Source of the DNA: an uncultured bacterium
GTDB lineage: Bacteria; Patescibacteriota; Minisyncoccia; UBA6257; 2-01-FULL-56-20
Direction: 5' to 3'
Length of the DNA: 64,000 nt
Assembly (NCBI GenBank): GCA_963844965.1
Contig: CAWJQC010000008.1
Location: 64,001-128,000 of the forward strand
The position numbers and the translations under genes are program-made. The notes beneath the pieces were generated by a model, which worked only from the letters and a program-made list of their open reading frames with translations, had not been told where the DNA came from and did no database searches. Positions within the stretch are counted from its first letter, which is position 1, and every line of letters begins with the position of its first letter. This document shows positions 14,031-22,713 of the stretch, piece after piece.

Positions 14031-14124
14031 GTTAAAAATTGAAAAATCAAAGTGCAAAGTAATGGCGTAAAGATTTTAAATCTTTAATTGTCATTTTTGA
14101 TTTTTATATTTTAAATTTTATTCC

Positions 14125-14343
14125 ATGTTCGTCGCCATTCTACAAATCATCGTTTCCGTTATTTTGGTCGTGCTTATCCTGCTCCAAGAGCGTTCCGCCG
14201 GCCTCTCGGGAATTTTCGGCGGCGAAGGCGGCGGATTTTACCAAACGAGGCGCGGCCTGGAAAAGCTTATTTTCGTGGCGACCATAGTGCTTGCCGTCAT
14301 ATTTGTTGGACTCGCCGTGTACCAGCTCGTCTACGGAAAATAG
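14125..14343 (+). CDS. secG: Preprotein translocase subunit SecG
   Basis: The 72-aa protein has two TM helices separated by a Gly-rich loop (LLQERSAGLSGIFGGEGGGFYQTRRGLEKLIF). It is preceded by an AT-rich promoter region. Confidence 0.7.
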   Translation: MFVAILQIIVSVILVVLILLQERSAGLSGIFGGEGGGFYQTRRGLEKLIFVATIVLAVIFVGLAVYQLVYGK

Positions 14344-14430
14344 CCGCGTGATGCCAATATACGAATGCATGCGAATTATTCGTATCCATTCGTATCATTA
14401 GTACAATTTGTATATTAGTATCGTAGTTCC

Positions 14431-16072
14431 ATGCTTAAAAAAATTTATTCTGTCTTTACGCGCGACGAACGGATAATATTTTGGACGGCGCTCGCAGCCG
14501 TGGCCGTGAGCGCCACGGCGCTCGCCGGTTTCGGATTTATAACCAACACGCACGACGTCCCGGCACTCGGCGGCGAATACACGGAAGGAGTTCTGGGCGA
14601 ACCTGTCTACGCAAACCCCGTCACCGCGTCAACGGAAATAGACAAGGGTCTCGTGCGGCTCCTGTTCGCGAACGTTTCCCAGCTCGCGGATAAAATTGAA
14701 CTTTCCAAAGATGGACGAACGTGGGATGTGCGCCTCAAGGAAAATCTCCACTGGCAGGACGGAGAAAAATTGACGAGCGACGACGTGATTTTCACGATAG
14801 AAAAAATACAGGACCCGGAAACATTCCTCGCCGCTTTCGGTCTTCTGGCAGGGAGTAGCGGCGGAACGCCTGAGCGAATTGGAATTTCAGTTAAGTTTGG
14901 TCACCCCGTATGCTTTCTTCTCCGACACGCTGAAGAATCTGTATGTCCTGCCGAAACATTTGTTCGCCGATACGCCGCCGGCAAACTGGCGTCTCTCCGA
15001 CTACAACCTCAAACCGGTGGGTAGCGGGCCTTATAAATTCGTGGACTACGAAAAACGTCCGGATGGCTTCATTTACTCTTATAAATTGGAGGCCTGGGAT
15101 AAATATTTCGGCGACACGCCGCACATTCAAAATTTCAATTTCCAATTTTTTTCGCAGAAGACCGATCTCATAAAAAGCTTCAACTCCGGCCAGATAGACG
15201 GTATCGCCGGCCTCGAGGCCGAGGATTTGATTCAAATTAAAAGACCCTACGAAGAAATTCCGTTCCGCTTGCCCAGTTATTACGCAGTTTTCCTCAATCA
15301 GTCCAAGAGCCTGCCGCTCAAAGATATCGCCGTGCGCGAAGCGCTGAGTTTCGCCGTTTCCAGGGAAAATTTGATAAACGAAGCGCTCGGCGGGCGCGGA
15401 AAAGAAGTGTTCGGTCCCATTCCGCCGGAAACCGAGTACTTTGACCCGGCGGTAGAGTCCGCCACAAGCTCCTTGGACGCGGCCTCAAGCACGCTTGACG
15501 CCGCCGGCTGGAAAATGGACGTGGACGGCGTGCGCAAGAAAACCGTGCAGAACGCGAAAATACCCCTAGTGCTAAATCTCGTTGTGCCGCAGGCGGATTT
15601 CCTCACCAAAACGGCCGATCTGCTCAAGGAAAGTTGGGAAAAAATCGGGTTCAAAATCAATCTGGACGTTTTGTCGCTGGAAGACGCAGACACGGTAAAG
15701 GACAATCGCGACTACGAAATGCTGCTCTTCGGAAATGTCCTTGGGCGCGGTTTGAATTTGTTCGCTTTCTGGCATTCGTCCCAAAGATTTTCCCCATTTG
15801 AAAATTTGAGCCTATACAACAACAAAACGGCGGACTCGCTCATAGAATCAATACAGCAAGATATGGACGACGATAAACGCAAAGCCGAATTCAGCCAGCT
15901 TCAGAACGTGATAATAAACGACTACCCGGCGGTTTTCCTCTACTCGCCCGACTATACCTATGTGGCAAGCAAAAATGTCCACGGAATTGACGGCGGTTTC
16001 ATAGCCGAACCGGCGGATATCTTCGCGAGCACGACCAACTGGTACCTGAAAACGGCGAGGGTGCTAAAGTAA
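14431..16072 (+). CDS. ABC transporter substrate-binding protein, family 5 (Opp/Dpp-like), apparent frameshift near 14850
   Basis: The N-terminal signal anchor and first lobe are in ORF 14431..15024. The rest is in ORF 14879..16072 (LVTPYAFFSDTLKNLYVLPKHLF...GPYKFVDYEKRPDG). The frame change lies in GGCGG/GGGAG runs. Confidence 0.7.
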
Positions 16073-16080
16073 GCGGCCTA

Positions 16081-16110
16081 TTGACATTAAAGCTCAATCT
16101 GCTATAATGG
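16081..16110 (+). promoter_or_regulatory. Sigma70-type promoter TTGACA-N16-TATAAT
   Basis: The sequence ttgacattaaagctcaatctgctataat lies about 440 nt upstream of tRNA-Leu. No ORF follows it. Confidence 0.55.
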
Positions 16111-16384
16111 AACTAACCTTAGTAATTTCTCCTTTGCCCGGTAGTAGAACTGCGACGCCCTTGGGCGAGTTGTAAACTCTGAAACTGGGAAAAAATTCAC
16201 AATCAGCATTAACTCTATTTCATGCACAATCTGCGAGAATCAATAATCGCAGTTTCACTACCGGGCTTTGATTTAATGGGATTCTCGAACACCAAGGCGA
16301 CTGCTTTTTGGCTTTAATAATCAAGCTTGTTTTTCGTCTTTTGGGCAGATGGCGGAATCCGCCGAGGGCGGACAAGTCGGCAAA

Positions 16385-16400
16385 CCTGCCGGCAGGCAGG
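16385..16400. repeat. Partial copy (16 of 20 bp) of the palindrome CCTGCCTGCCGGCAGGCAGG
   Basis: The sequence cctgccggcaggcagg has full 20-bp copies at 50201-50220 and 59284-59303. Confidence 0.6.
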
Positions 16401-16547
16401 CGCACTGGCCAATCCTACAACCTTTTACAAAATAATTATGGGCGGGCGGTGAACCCCGCACCTTAGGAAGGCAGGACCGAAACGTAATTACTTCGTGGCC
16501 TTCCTAAGGTGACGGGGCAAGCTGGCAGATTTACCCCTCACCAATTT

Positions 16548-16631
16548 GCCGCGGTGGCGGAACTGGCAGACGCGCACGTTTCAGGGGCGTGTGAGAGCAA
16601 TCTCATGTGGGTTCAACTCCCACCCGCGGCA
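16548..16631 (+). tRNA. tRNA-Leu(CAG), type II with long variable arm
   Basis: Manual fold: acceptor GCCGCGG/CCGCGGC, D arm GCG-GAACTGGCAGA-CGC, anticodon arm CACGT-TTCAGGG-GCGTG (CAG), variable arm GAGA-GCAA-TCTC, T arm GTGGG-TTCAACT-CCCAC, discriminator A. Confidence 0.85.
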
Positions 16632-16649
16632 CATATAAAATTGGTGTGG

Positions 16650-16717
16650 GGACACGTAGGCTTCAGGAGCCTATGGCCGCAAGGCCGTGAGGGTTCAAGT
16701 CCCTCCTCGCCCACAGA
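16650..16717 (+). other. tRNA-Leu-like 3' fragment (anticodon arm to acceptor 3' strand) lacking a matching 5' half
   Basis: The fragment has anticodon arm TAGGC-TTCAGGA-GCCTA (CAG again), variable arm GGCC-GCAA-GGCC, T arm GAGGG-TTCAAGT-CCCTC and 3' strand CTCGCCC-A. No GGGCGAG 5' acceptor strand lies in position. It sits 18 nt after the complete tRNA-Leu. Confidence 0.55.
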
Positions 16718-16747
16718 AATTTATCACCTAATCGGTAAGACGTTGTC

Positions 16748-17359
16748 ATGATTAAATTAACAAAAAAAGATTTAGCTGGGCTTAGGAAGTTAAAAATAAC
16801 AGAGTTTCCGATAACAATGAGTTGTTTTATGTGTATGGCCTTCCCCCGGGTTAAGATTAGTGTCAAAGATACGACAATTTGGCGACAATTGCCCAATCCA
16901 GTGCCGTCTAACAGGATGTGCTTTCATATTAAGCACGATTTGGAATGTCCTTATTGCAAAGTTGGTTCGGTTTCTGCAGAAGAAGAAAGAAAAAAGTATT
17001 ATATTGAACCGGACTTCGAAGAAAAAATATTTGAAAGAGATAATTATACATGTCGGGCTTGTGGATATAAACAAAAGGGGAAACCTAAACCGGTTCCCCG
17101 TAGAAAAGAAGGGGAAACGGCCAAAGATTATTTATATAGAAGGTTTATGGCGAGTTTAGCAAAACACGATCAGAAAAAGTCATTATTCGTTGCTCATTTT
17201 CATGCGAGATACGGCAAAGAAACATACAAAAATAGGCACGAAATAGAGAATGCGAGAACGTTGTGTGTTGATTGTCATAACACCGAAACAGCGATGCATC
17301 AGATGTTGGGATGGATAGATAAAATGAATAAATGCCCCAGGTTAAAAAAACTTGAATAG
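16748..17359 (+). CDS. HNH endonuclease
   Basis: The HNH/Zn motif is CRACGY...LFVAHFHARYGKETYKNRHEIENARTLCVDCHN. The gene lies in an AT-rich (~38% GC) segment immediately after the tRNA-Leu genes. Confidence 0.7.
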   Translation: MIKLTKKDLAGLRKLKITEFPITMSCFMCMAFPRVKISVKDTTIWRQLPNPVPSNRMCFHIKHDLECPYCKVGSVSAEEERKKYYIEPDFEEKIFERDNYTCRACGYKQKGKPKPVPRRKEGETAKDYLYRRFMASLAKHDQKKSLFVAHFHARYGKETYKNRHEIENARTLCVDCHNTETAMHQMLGWIDKMNKCPRLKKLE

Positions 17360-17438
17360 CGATGAGCCGCACCATTGTTTATGTCATAAAATTAACCCCG
17401 ACCGATGTACAATTCCGATAATAAAAAAATAAAATAAC

Positions 17439-19516
17439 ATGACACCAAAACCAGAAGAGCGGCCGCGGATAAAGCCGCCAGCGGTACCTGCCCGCCGTAG
17501 TCTTGATGAAGGAGGGAGACGTCCCGAACCGCCCGCAGTACCTGCCCGCCGGCCTGTCCGCCGAAATTTGAATGAAGGCGGAAGTTTTGACGGAGAAGGG
17601 AAACATTCCGAACCGCTTGCGGCCCGGCACCACAAATCGCCGGCAACCCACAAGAAACCCGCCGCAGGCCAGCTTCGCCCGCGAAGCGAGGCGAGCGAGG
17701 CTCGCCCGAACACAGGGGGGCGGCCCGCTGTAGGCACCGCCCGTTCATATCGCTCAAAATTCGGTGAAGCACATGGAAAAACTTCCGCTCCACACACAGA
17801 GGACACGGCCGGACTCGCGCGCCGCCGCCTCGGAGAAGAAACGGAAGAAAACGGCACGCCGCTCCGTTTTGTGCCGCTTGGGGGACTGGAAGAAATCGGC
17901 CGCAACTGCATGTTCTACGAGTACAAGAACGAAATCGTCATTCTTGACATGGGATTGCAATTTCCTGAAGAAGAAACTCCGGGCATGGATTATATCATTC
18001 CGAACATTTCCTATCTGGAAAAGAAGCGGGCGAATATCCAAGCTTTAATCCTCACGCACGCGCCACTACGACCACATCGGCGCCATTCCGCACGTGATAC
18101 AGAAACTCGGCAATCCGCCGATCTATGCAACGTCCATCACCAAGGCAATCGTGGAAAAGCGGCAGGAAGATTATCCCAATAGCCCGAAGATTCACATTGA
18201 AGTCGTGAAGAACGGCGACAAGGTAAAAATTTCCAATTATTTTGACGCCGAATTCTTCGGCGTGCCGCACACCGTTCCCGAAACGACCGGCGTGGTTTTG
18301 AAAACTCCCGTCGGCAACATGGTTCACTTCGCCGATTTCCGCGTTGAATACGACGAAAACGGCGTCGCGCACGGCTTGGATGAATTTGAACGCATCGGGA
18401 AGATCGGTATCCACACCTTCACCATAGACAGCACGAACGCCGAGGAAGACGGGCAGAACGCTTTCCGAAAAAACGGTAGAAAAAAATCTTGAAGAAATTT
18501 TCCGCAAAGCCGAGGGGCGGATCATCGTCGCCACTTTCGCCTCGCTCCTCACGCGCATCGGCGAAATCATAAAAATTGCCGAAAAACTCGGAAGAAAAAT
18601 CGCGGTCTCCGGCTACTCCATGAAAACGAACGTCCAAATCGCGCAGAATCTCGGGTTCATCAAGGCGAAACCGGGCACTATCGTATCGCTGGACGAAATC
18701 CACAAGTTCCGCGACGACAAGCTGATCATTCTTTCCACCGGCGCGCAAGGTGAAGAAAACGCGAGTTTAATGAGAATCATCAACGCCGAACACCGCCAGA
18801 TCAAGATCAAACCCGGTGATACAGTAGTCCTCTCGTCCTCGGTTATCCCCGGAAACGAGCGCAGCGTGCAGGTCGTGAAGGACGACCTCTCGCGGCAGGG
18901 CGCCATCGTCTACCACTCCGCGCTCGTTGACATTCACGCCTCCGGCCACGCGCCCAAAGACGACCTGAAACTGATTATGAAATTAATAAATCCGAAATTC
19001 CTCGTCCCCGTGCACGGCTATTACTTCATGCGCGCCGCGAACGCCCAATCCGCGCGCGAAATCGGCATTCCCAAAGAAAACGCGATACTGATGGACAACG
19101 GCCAGGTGGCGGAACTGACGCCGGACAGCTTTAAGATTGCACAGGAAGCGATTCCGGCGTTCTACGTCATGGTTGACGGCTTGGGCGTCGGCGACGTGGA
19201 AGAAGTCGTCCTACGCGACCGGCGCATGCTCGCCAAAGAAGGAATGATTGTAATTATCGTCACGATCGACCGCGACAAGGGAAAACTCCTGAAAAATCCC
19301 GACATCATCTCGCGCGGCTTCATCTATCTCAAAGAGAACCAGGAAATTCTTGAGGATACGCGCAAGCGCATCCGCGGACTCATTGAGCGCCTGCCAAGCT
19401 ACCAGCCGGTGGAAGCGGATTACCTGAAAACGCTGATTCGCGACCAAATCGGCCAGTTCCTGTATAGCAAAACGAGGAGACGTCCCATGATTATACCGGT
19501 CGTCATAGAAATATAA
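17439..19516 (+). CDS. rnj: Ribonuclease J (two apparent frameshifts) with Pro/Arg-rich N-terminal repeat extension
   Basis: ORFs 17439..18182, 18094..18492 and 18620..19516 together give MBL/beta-CASP RNase J (LILTHAHYDHIGAIP read through a CC run near 18050; VHGYYFMRAANAQ). The second shift is in an A6/A7 run near 18470. The first ~130 aa are low-complexity tandem repeats (PPAVPARR). Confidence 0.85.
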
Positions 19517-19567
19517 GGCCGACTTGCCCCGCATAATCGCCGAAGGCGATTTGTGCGGGGTGATAAT

Positions 19568-19588
19568 TCCGGTGGTAATAGAAATCTA
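19568..19588 (+). repeat. Duplicate of the last 7 codons of rnj (PVVIEI*), 53 nt downstream of the real stop
   Basis: ccggtggtaatagaaatctaa compared with ccggtcgtcatagaaatataa at 19494-19514. A hairpin CCCCGCAtaATCGCC...GGCGATttgTGCGGGG lies between them. Confidence 0.6.
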
Positions 19589-19632
19589 AACACCAGGCCG
19601 CGATAAGCGGCTTTTGTGTTAAAATACTCAGT

Positions 19633-20130
19633 ATGGACGCCGAAAAAGAAAACTTTGTAAAAAGCTTAGTGAAAGGAAAAATTGCTGAGATAATTTTCGA
19701 GCAAATGTTCCGCGACTCCGGAAAATATACCATACTCCATGCCGGATATGAGTATACCCTGCCAGAACTAGCCCAATATCAACACTATGCAGAGGTTCGG
19801 GCAGTTATAGAAAACATCAGAAATGCGCCGGACTTCATTCTTATTTCTCAAGATCATAAAAAAGTATATTTGGTGGAGGTTAAGTATCAACGAGAAAGAC
19901 ACCCGGATAAACTTAGAGAAACCGCAAAAAAAATCCTAGAAACATGGAATGTTTCCTGGCTCTTTGTGGCGTCTCCTGACGGATTTTTTCTGGAACCATG
20001 CAGCAGAGTTGCGGACAATGGCGTAATGAATAAACTTTATGGGTATGGCAATAACGAAAGCGATATTTGGATAGAACCAAGTATTCAAGACGATTATCTA
20101 AAACTACTCAATCGATACGAACTAAAATGA
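19633..20130 (+). CDS. Hypothetical protein with PD-(D/E)xK nuclease-like motif
   Basis: The segment PDFILISQDHKKVYLVEVKYQ resembles a restriction-endonuclease-fold core. The region is AT-rich. The stop overlaps the trpS start (ATGA). Confidence 0.35.
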   Translation: MDAEKENFVKSLVKGKIAEIIFEQMFRDSGKYTILHAGYEYTLPELAQYQHYAEVRAVIENIRNAPDFILISQDHKKVYLVEVKYQRERHPDKLRETAKKILETWNVSWLFVASPDGFFLEPCSRVADNGVMNKLYGYGNNESDIWIEPSIQDDYLKLLNRYELK

Positions 20131-21272
20131 CATCAAAACCAATCCTCGTTTCCGGCGTCCAGCCCACGGGCCGATTGCATATCGGCAATTACCTAGGCGC
20201 CCTCAAAAATTTCGTGGAACTCCAGAACTCCGGCAAATACGAGTGCTACTTCTTTATCGCCGACCTGCATTCTTTGACGGAAGCCTACGAGCCCAAAGAA
20301 AAATCGGCGCAAATCCTGGAACTTGCGGCCGATTTCCTGGCCGTCGGCCTGGACCCGAAAAAATCCGTCATCTTCCAGCAATCGCAGATTCCGGCGCATA
20401 CAGAACTGTCTTGGATTTTAAGCACCTTAACATCTCTTGGAGAACTAGAAAGAATGAGACAATTTAAAGAAAAGGGTTATGAAAAATCGTATCTTCAGGA
20501 TCTTGAAAAAATTTTTGAGTTATTTCAGAAACATAGACAAGAGTTCGAAAGACAAGGTAATGAGCCTGTCGTTAAGTACTATCAAAATATGATCTCCCAA
20601 ATAAGAAATGTCGTAACGCATGGCATGGAATCAAAAATAGAGATAAATGTCGGACTATTGAATTACCCCGTCCTTATGGCCGCCGATATTTTGCTTTACG
20701 ACGCAAAATTCGTGCCCGTCGGTGACGACCAGGACCAACACCTGGAACTTGCGCGGACGCTGGCCCGGAAGTTCAACGCGAAGTTCGGCAAAACATTCGT
20801 TGAGCCGCAGGGACTTCACACACCGACTCCGCGCGTGATGAGTTTAACCGACCCGGAAAAGAAAATGTCCAAATCCGAGCCGTCCGGATGCCTTTTTATT
20901 GACGACTCGCCGGATGAAATCAAGAGAAAAATCGCGCGCGCAACAACCGATTCCGGCTCCGAAATCAAATATGGACCGGCGAAGTTCGGCATAAGTAATT
21001 TATTGGAAATTTACTCCGCTTTGTTGGGCGATACGATCCCGACGCTAGAGAAAAAATTCGCCGGCAAAAATTATTCGCAGTTCAAATCATCACTCGCGCA
21101 ATTGGTCGCAGACCATTTCGCTGGCTTCCGCAAAAAGAAGAAATTGCTATTGGCTAAACCCTATACTCTATCGGCTGCATTAAAATCAGGCTCAAAGCGG
21201 GCCACCAAGGTGGCGAATAAAAAAATAGACGAGGTTAAAGAAAAAATCGGGCTTCGCCTCGGACTATTCTAA
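20127..21272 (+). CDS. trpS: Tryptophan--tRNA ligase with a ~50-aa AT-rich in-frame insertion
   Basis: PTGRLHIGNYLGAL (HIGH) and KMSKS are present. An insertion lies between QFKEKG and GLLNYPVLMAADILLY, relative to canonical TrpRS. Confidence 0.85.
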   Translation: MTSKPILVSGVQPTGRLHIGNYLGALKNFVELQNSGKYECYFFIADLHSLTEAYEPKEKSAQILELAADFLAVGLDPKKSVIFQQSQIPAHTELSWILSTLTSLGELERMRQFKEKGYEKSYLQDLEKIFELFQKHRQEFERQGNEPVVKYYQNMISQIRNVVTHGMESKIEINVGLLNYPVLMAADILLYDAKFVPVGDDQDQHLELARTLARKFNAKFGKTFVEPQGLHTPTPRVMSLTDPEKKMSKSEPSGCLFIDDSPDEIKRKIARATTDSGSEIKYGPAKFGISNLLEIYSALLGDTIPTLEKKFAGKNYSQFKSSLAQLVADHFAGFRKKKKLLLAKPYTLSAALKSGSKRATKVANKKIDEVKEKIGLRLGLF

Positions 21273-21292
21273 GATTTCTGGCCAGCTGCTTT

Positions 21293-22183
21293 CTAATCAA
21301 TAGCTTCTAACCACTCGACGGGCGTTTTCATATCAAGTCCCATGTGCGGCCGTTCGGTATTGTAGTAGTGAAGAAAATCGGGAATCTCCTTGCGCCACGC
21401 GGCAAGAGTGTTAGGGATACGTCGTAAACAGTCCCGCTGAAGCGTTTGGATGAACCGTTCCACATGGCTGTTATCTGTTGGCGTCCGTACGCGCGAGTGG
21501 CGATGTGAAAATCCCTGATGCTCGATGACCTTGGTAAACCATTTTGAAAACTCCCCGCCACGGTCGGATTGGATTGTGACGAAAGGAAACGGAGCTGCCG
21601 CTTGCGCTTGCTGGACGAACCGTGCGCTTAAGCGGCTTGAGACCTGGGCGGCTGGCCATGCCCACGCCCAACGGGAACATACGTCGATCAAGGCGTACGC
21701 ATGGAGGTGGTCCATGGCAATACCTTCTTGCATTGAATCGATCTCAACCAATATGCCTGGCTTTGTGGGCATGGGACGCGGAAGATACTGGTGCCACTTC
21801 TTCCATTTTGAATATCGCGTGATACCGTGGCGTTTGAGTGTACGCTTCACGGACGAAAGGCTAACGGCAATCTTTTCCTCTTCTAGCCGGTGATGGACGA
21901 TCTCCGCGCATTGGTCCCGTTCGCTGCGAAGTGCAAGGATGCGGCCAATGACCGCTCGGTCGAGTTCGCGTGGATGATGGTGCGGCCGCGATGAAAGCGT
22001 CGGGATGACAAGATGACCGCCTTCGCCATATTCCGTGCCCCGCTTCACCCATAACCGGACCGTACAATGGCTGAACCCATACTTCCGAGCGGCCTTGCGG
22101 ATACTCCACCCGGACTGCGTGAGCGCGACTGCTTCCGCCCGTACCCGGGGCAGATGGGGATTCTTGGTGTATGCCATGTACAT
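21293..22183 (-). CDS. IS481-family DDE transposase (rve integrase core)
   Basis: MYMAYTKNPHLPRVRAEAVALTQSGWSIRKAARKYG (HTH) ... IQSDRGGEFS ... TPTDNSHVERF (DDE). The ORF track extends the N-terminus spuriously. Confidence 0.8.
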   Translation of the reverse strand: MYMAYTKNPHLPRVRAEAVALTQSGWSIRKAARKYGFSHCTVRLWVKRGTEYGEGGHLVIPTLSSRPHHHPRELDRAVIGRILALRSERDQCAEIVHHRLEEEKIAVSLSSVKRTLKRHGITRYSKWKKWHQYLPRPMPTKPGILVEIDSMQEGIAMDHLHAYALIDVCSRWAWAWPAAQVSSRLSARFVQQAQAAAPFPFVTIQSDRGGEFSKWFTKVIEHQGFSHRHSRVRTPTDNSHVERFIQTLQRDCLRRIPNTLAAWRKEIPDFLHYYNTERPHMGLDMKTPVEWLEAID

Positions 22184-22219
22184 AGCTTTGCAAATTCTTG
22201 GGTGGTTACAAGCTATTGA
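21293..22219. mobile_element. IS481-family insertion sequence, ~925 bp, 18-bp imperfect terminal inverted repeats
   Basis: Left TIR tcaatagcttctaaccac at 21297-21314. Right TIR gtggttacaagctattga at 22202-22219 (17/18 match). It encloses a DDE transposase gene. Confidence 0.7.
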
Positions 22220-22448
22220 ACCACGACACAGTCTTGACAATCCGGATGGGTTAGAAAGGAAATTCCAAGATTTAAATAGATTTGTTAAGGGCAAAGGGGA
22301 AAGAGATCTAGAATTAATTACGACATTCCATTTCTTATCAAAAACAGAGGGGAGCGCAAAAGCGAAAGAGAGACTCAAGGAGTTGAAGGGGGCGACACCT
22401 GAAGAAATAAAATACGCCACGGAAGCAATTAAGCAAATTCCATCATAA
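22176..22448 (+). CDS. Hypothetical small protein, start uncertain (would begin inside the IS right end)
   Basis: The only in-frame ATG is at 22176, inside the IS terminal repeat. The product ends ...KELKGATPEEIKYATEAIKQIPS. It is AT-rich, and its stop overlaps the next start (ATGA). Confidence 0.2.
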   Translation: MYIALQILGWLQAIEPRHSLDNPDGLERKFQDLNRFVKGKGERDLELITTFHFLSKTEGSAKAKERLKELKGATPEEIKYATEAIKQIPS

Positions 22449-22642
22449 TGGGTCCAGCAATCACATTAGAAGAAGCCAAGGTATTGGGAGATAGAGACGT
22501 CCTTAATGCAGTGAGAAACCCTGATTCTAATGAGGGGGGTGTTTTTAAGATTGAGAAGGGGGCGGAAATCCACAACGACCCGCTTGTCGAAATAGGAATT
22601 GCTATAAGAAAAGTGGAGAGGCTAAGTTCGTCAAAAGACTAG
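22448..22642 (+). CDS. Hypothetical small protein (64 aa)
   Basis: MGPAITLEEAKVLGDRDVLNAVRNPDSNEGG... It is translationally coupled to the preceding small ORF. Confidence 0.3.
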   Translation: MGPAITLEEAKVLGDRDVLNAVRNPDSNEGGVFKIEKGAEIHNDPLVEIGIAIRKVERLSSSKD

Positions 22643-22713
22643 CCGATAATCCGAGCAAGCAACTCGAGTTATCTCAAGAAAATTGCTGAAATAAAAAAGA
22701 TAGATATCATTGT

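Noticed and set aside
16111-16547. Possible RNase P RNA, tmRNA or SRP RNA in the promoter-driven ORF-free region
   Set aside because: I looked for CR-I/CR-V (GGAAAGUCCGGGCUCC, ACAGAAcCCGGCUUA), the tmRNA resume/tag architecture and the SRP domain IV motif (GGAAGCAGC). I found only loose partial matches (GGTGAA...CGCACC), and a complete tRNA sits inside the span. I am not confident enough to call a known ncRNA family.
16509-16751. 80-aa plus-strand ORF
   Set aside because: It lies entirely over the tRNA-Leu gene and the tRNA-like fragment, so it is spurious.
17384-17911. Minus-strand ORFs of 90-175 aa inside the rnj 5' region
   Set aside because: They are Arg/Pro/Gly-rich antisense products of the GC-rich tandem repeats that encode the RNase J N-terminal extension. 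They have no independent signals.
20400-20650. Intein in trpS
   Set aside because: The insert is only about 50 aa. It lacks an N-terminal Cys/Ser, a C-terminal His-Asn and the following nucleophile. It looks like a helical low-complexity insert.
22035-22448. 137-aa ORF spanning the IS481 right end
   Set aside because: Most of it is antisense to the transposase N-terminus inside the IS. Only the distal part outside the IS (22220-22448) could be real. The only in-frame start is the ATG at 22176 inside the IS terminal repeat.
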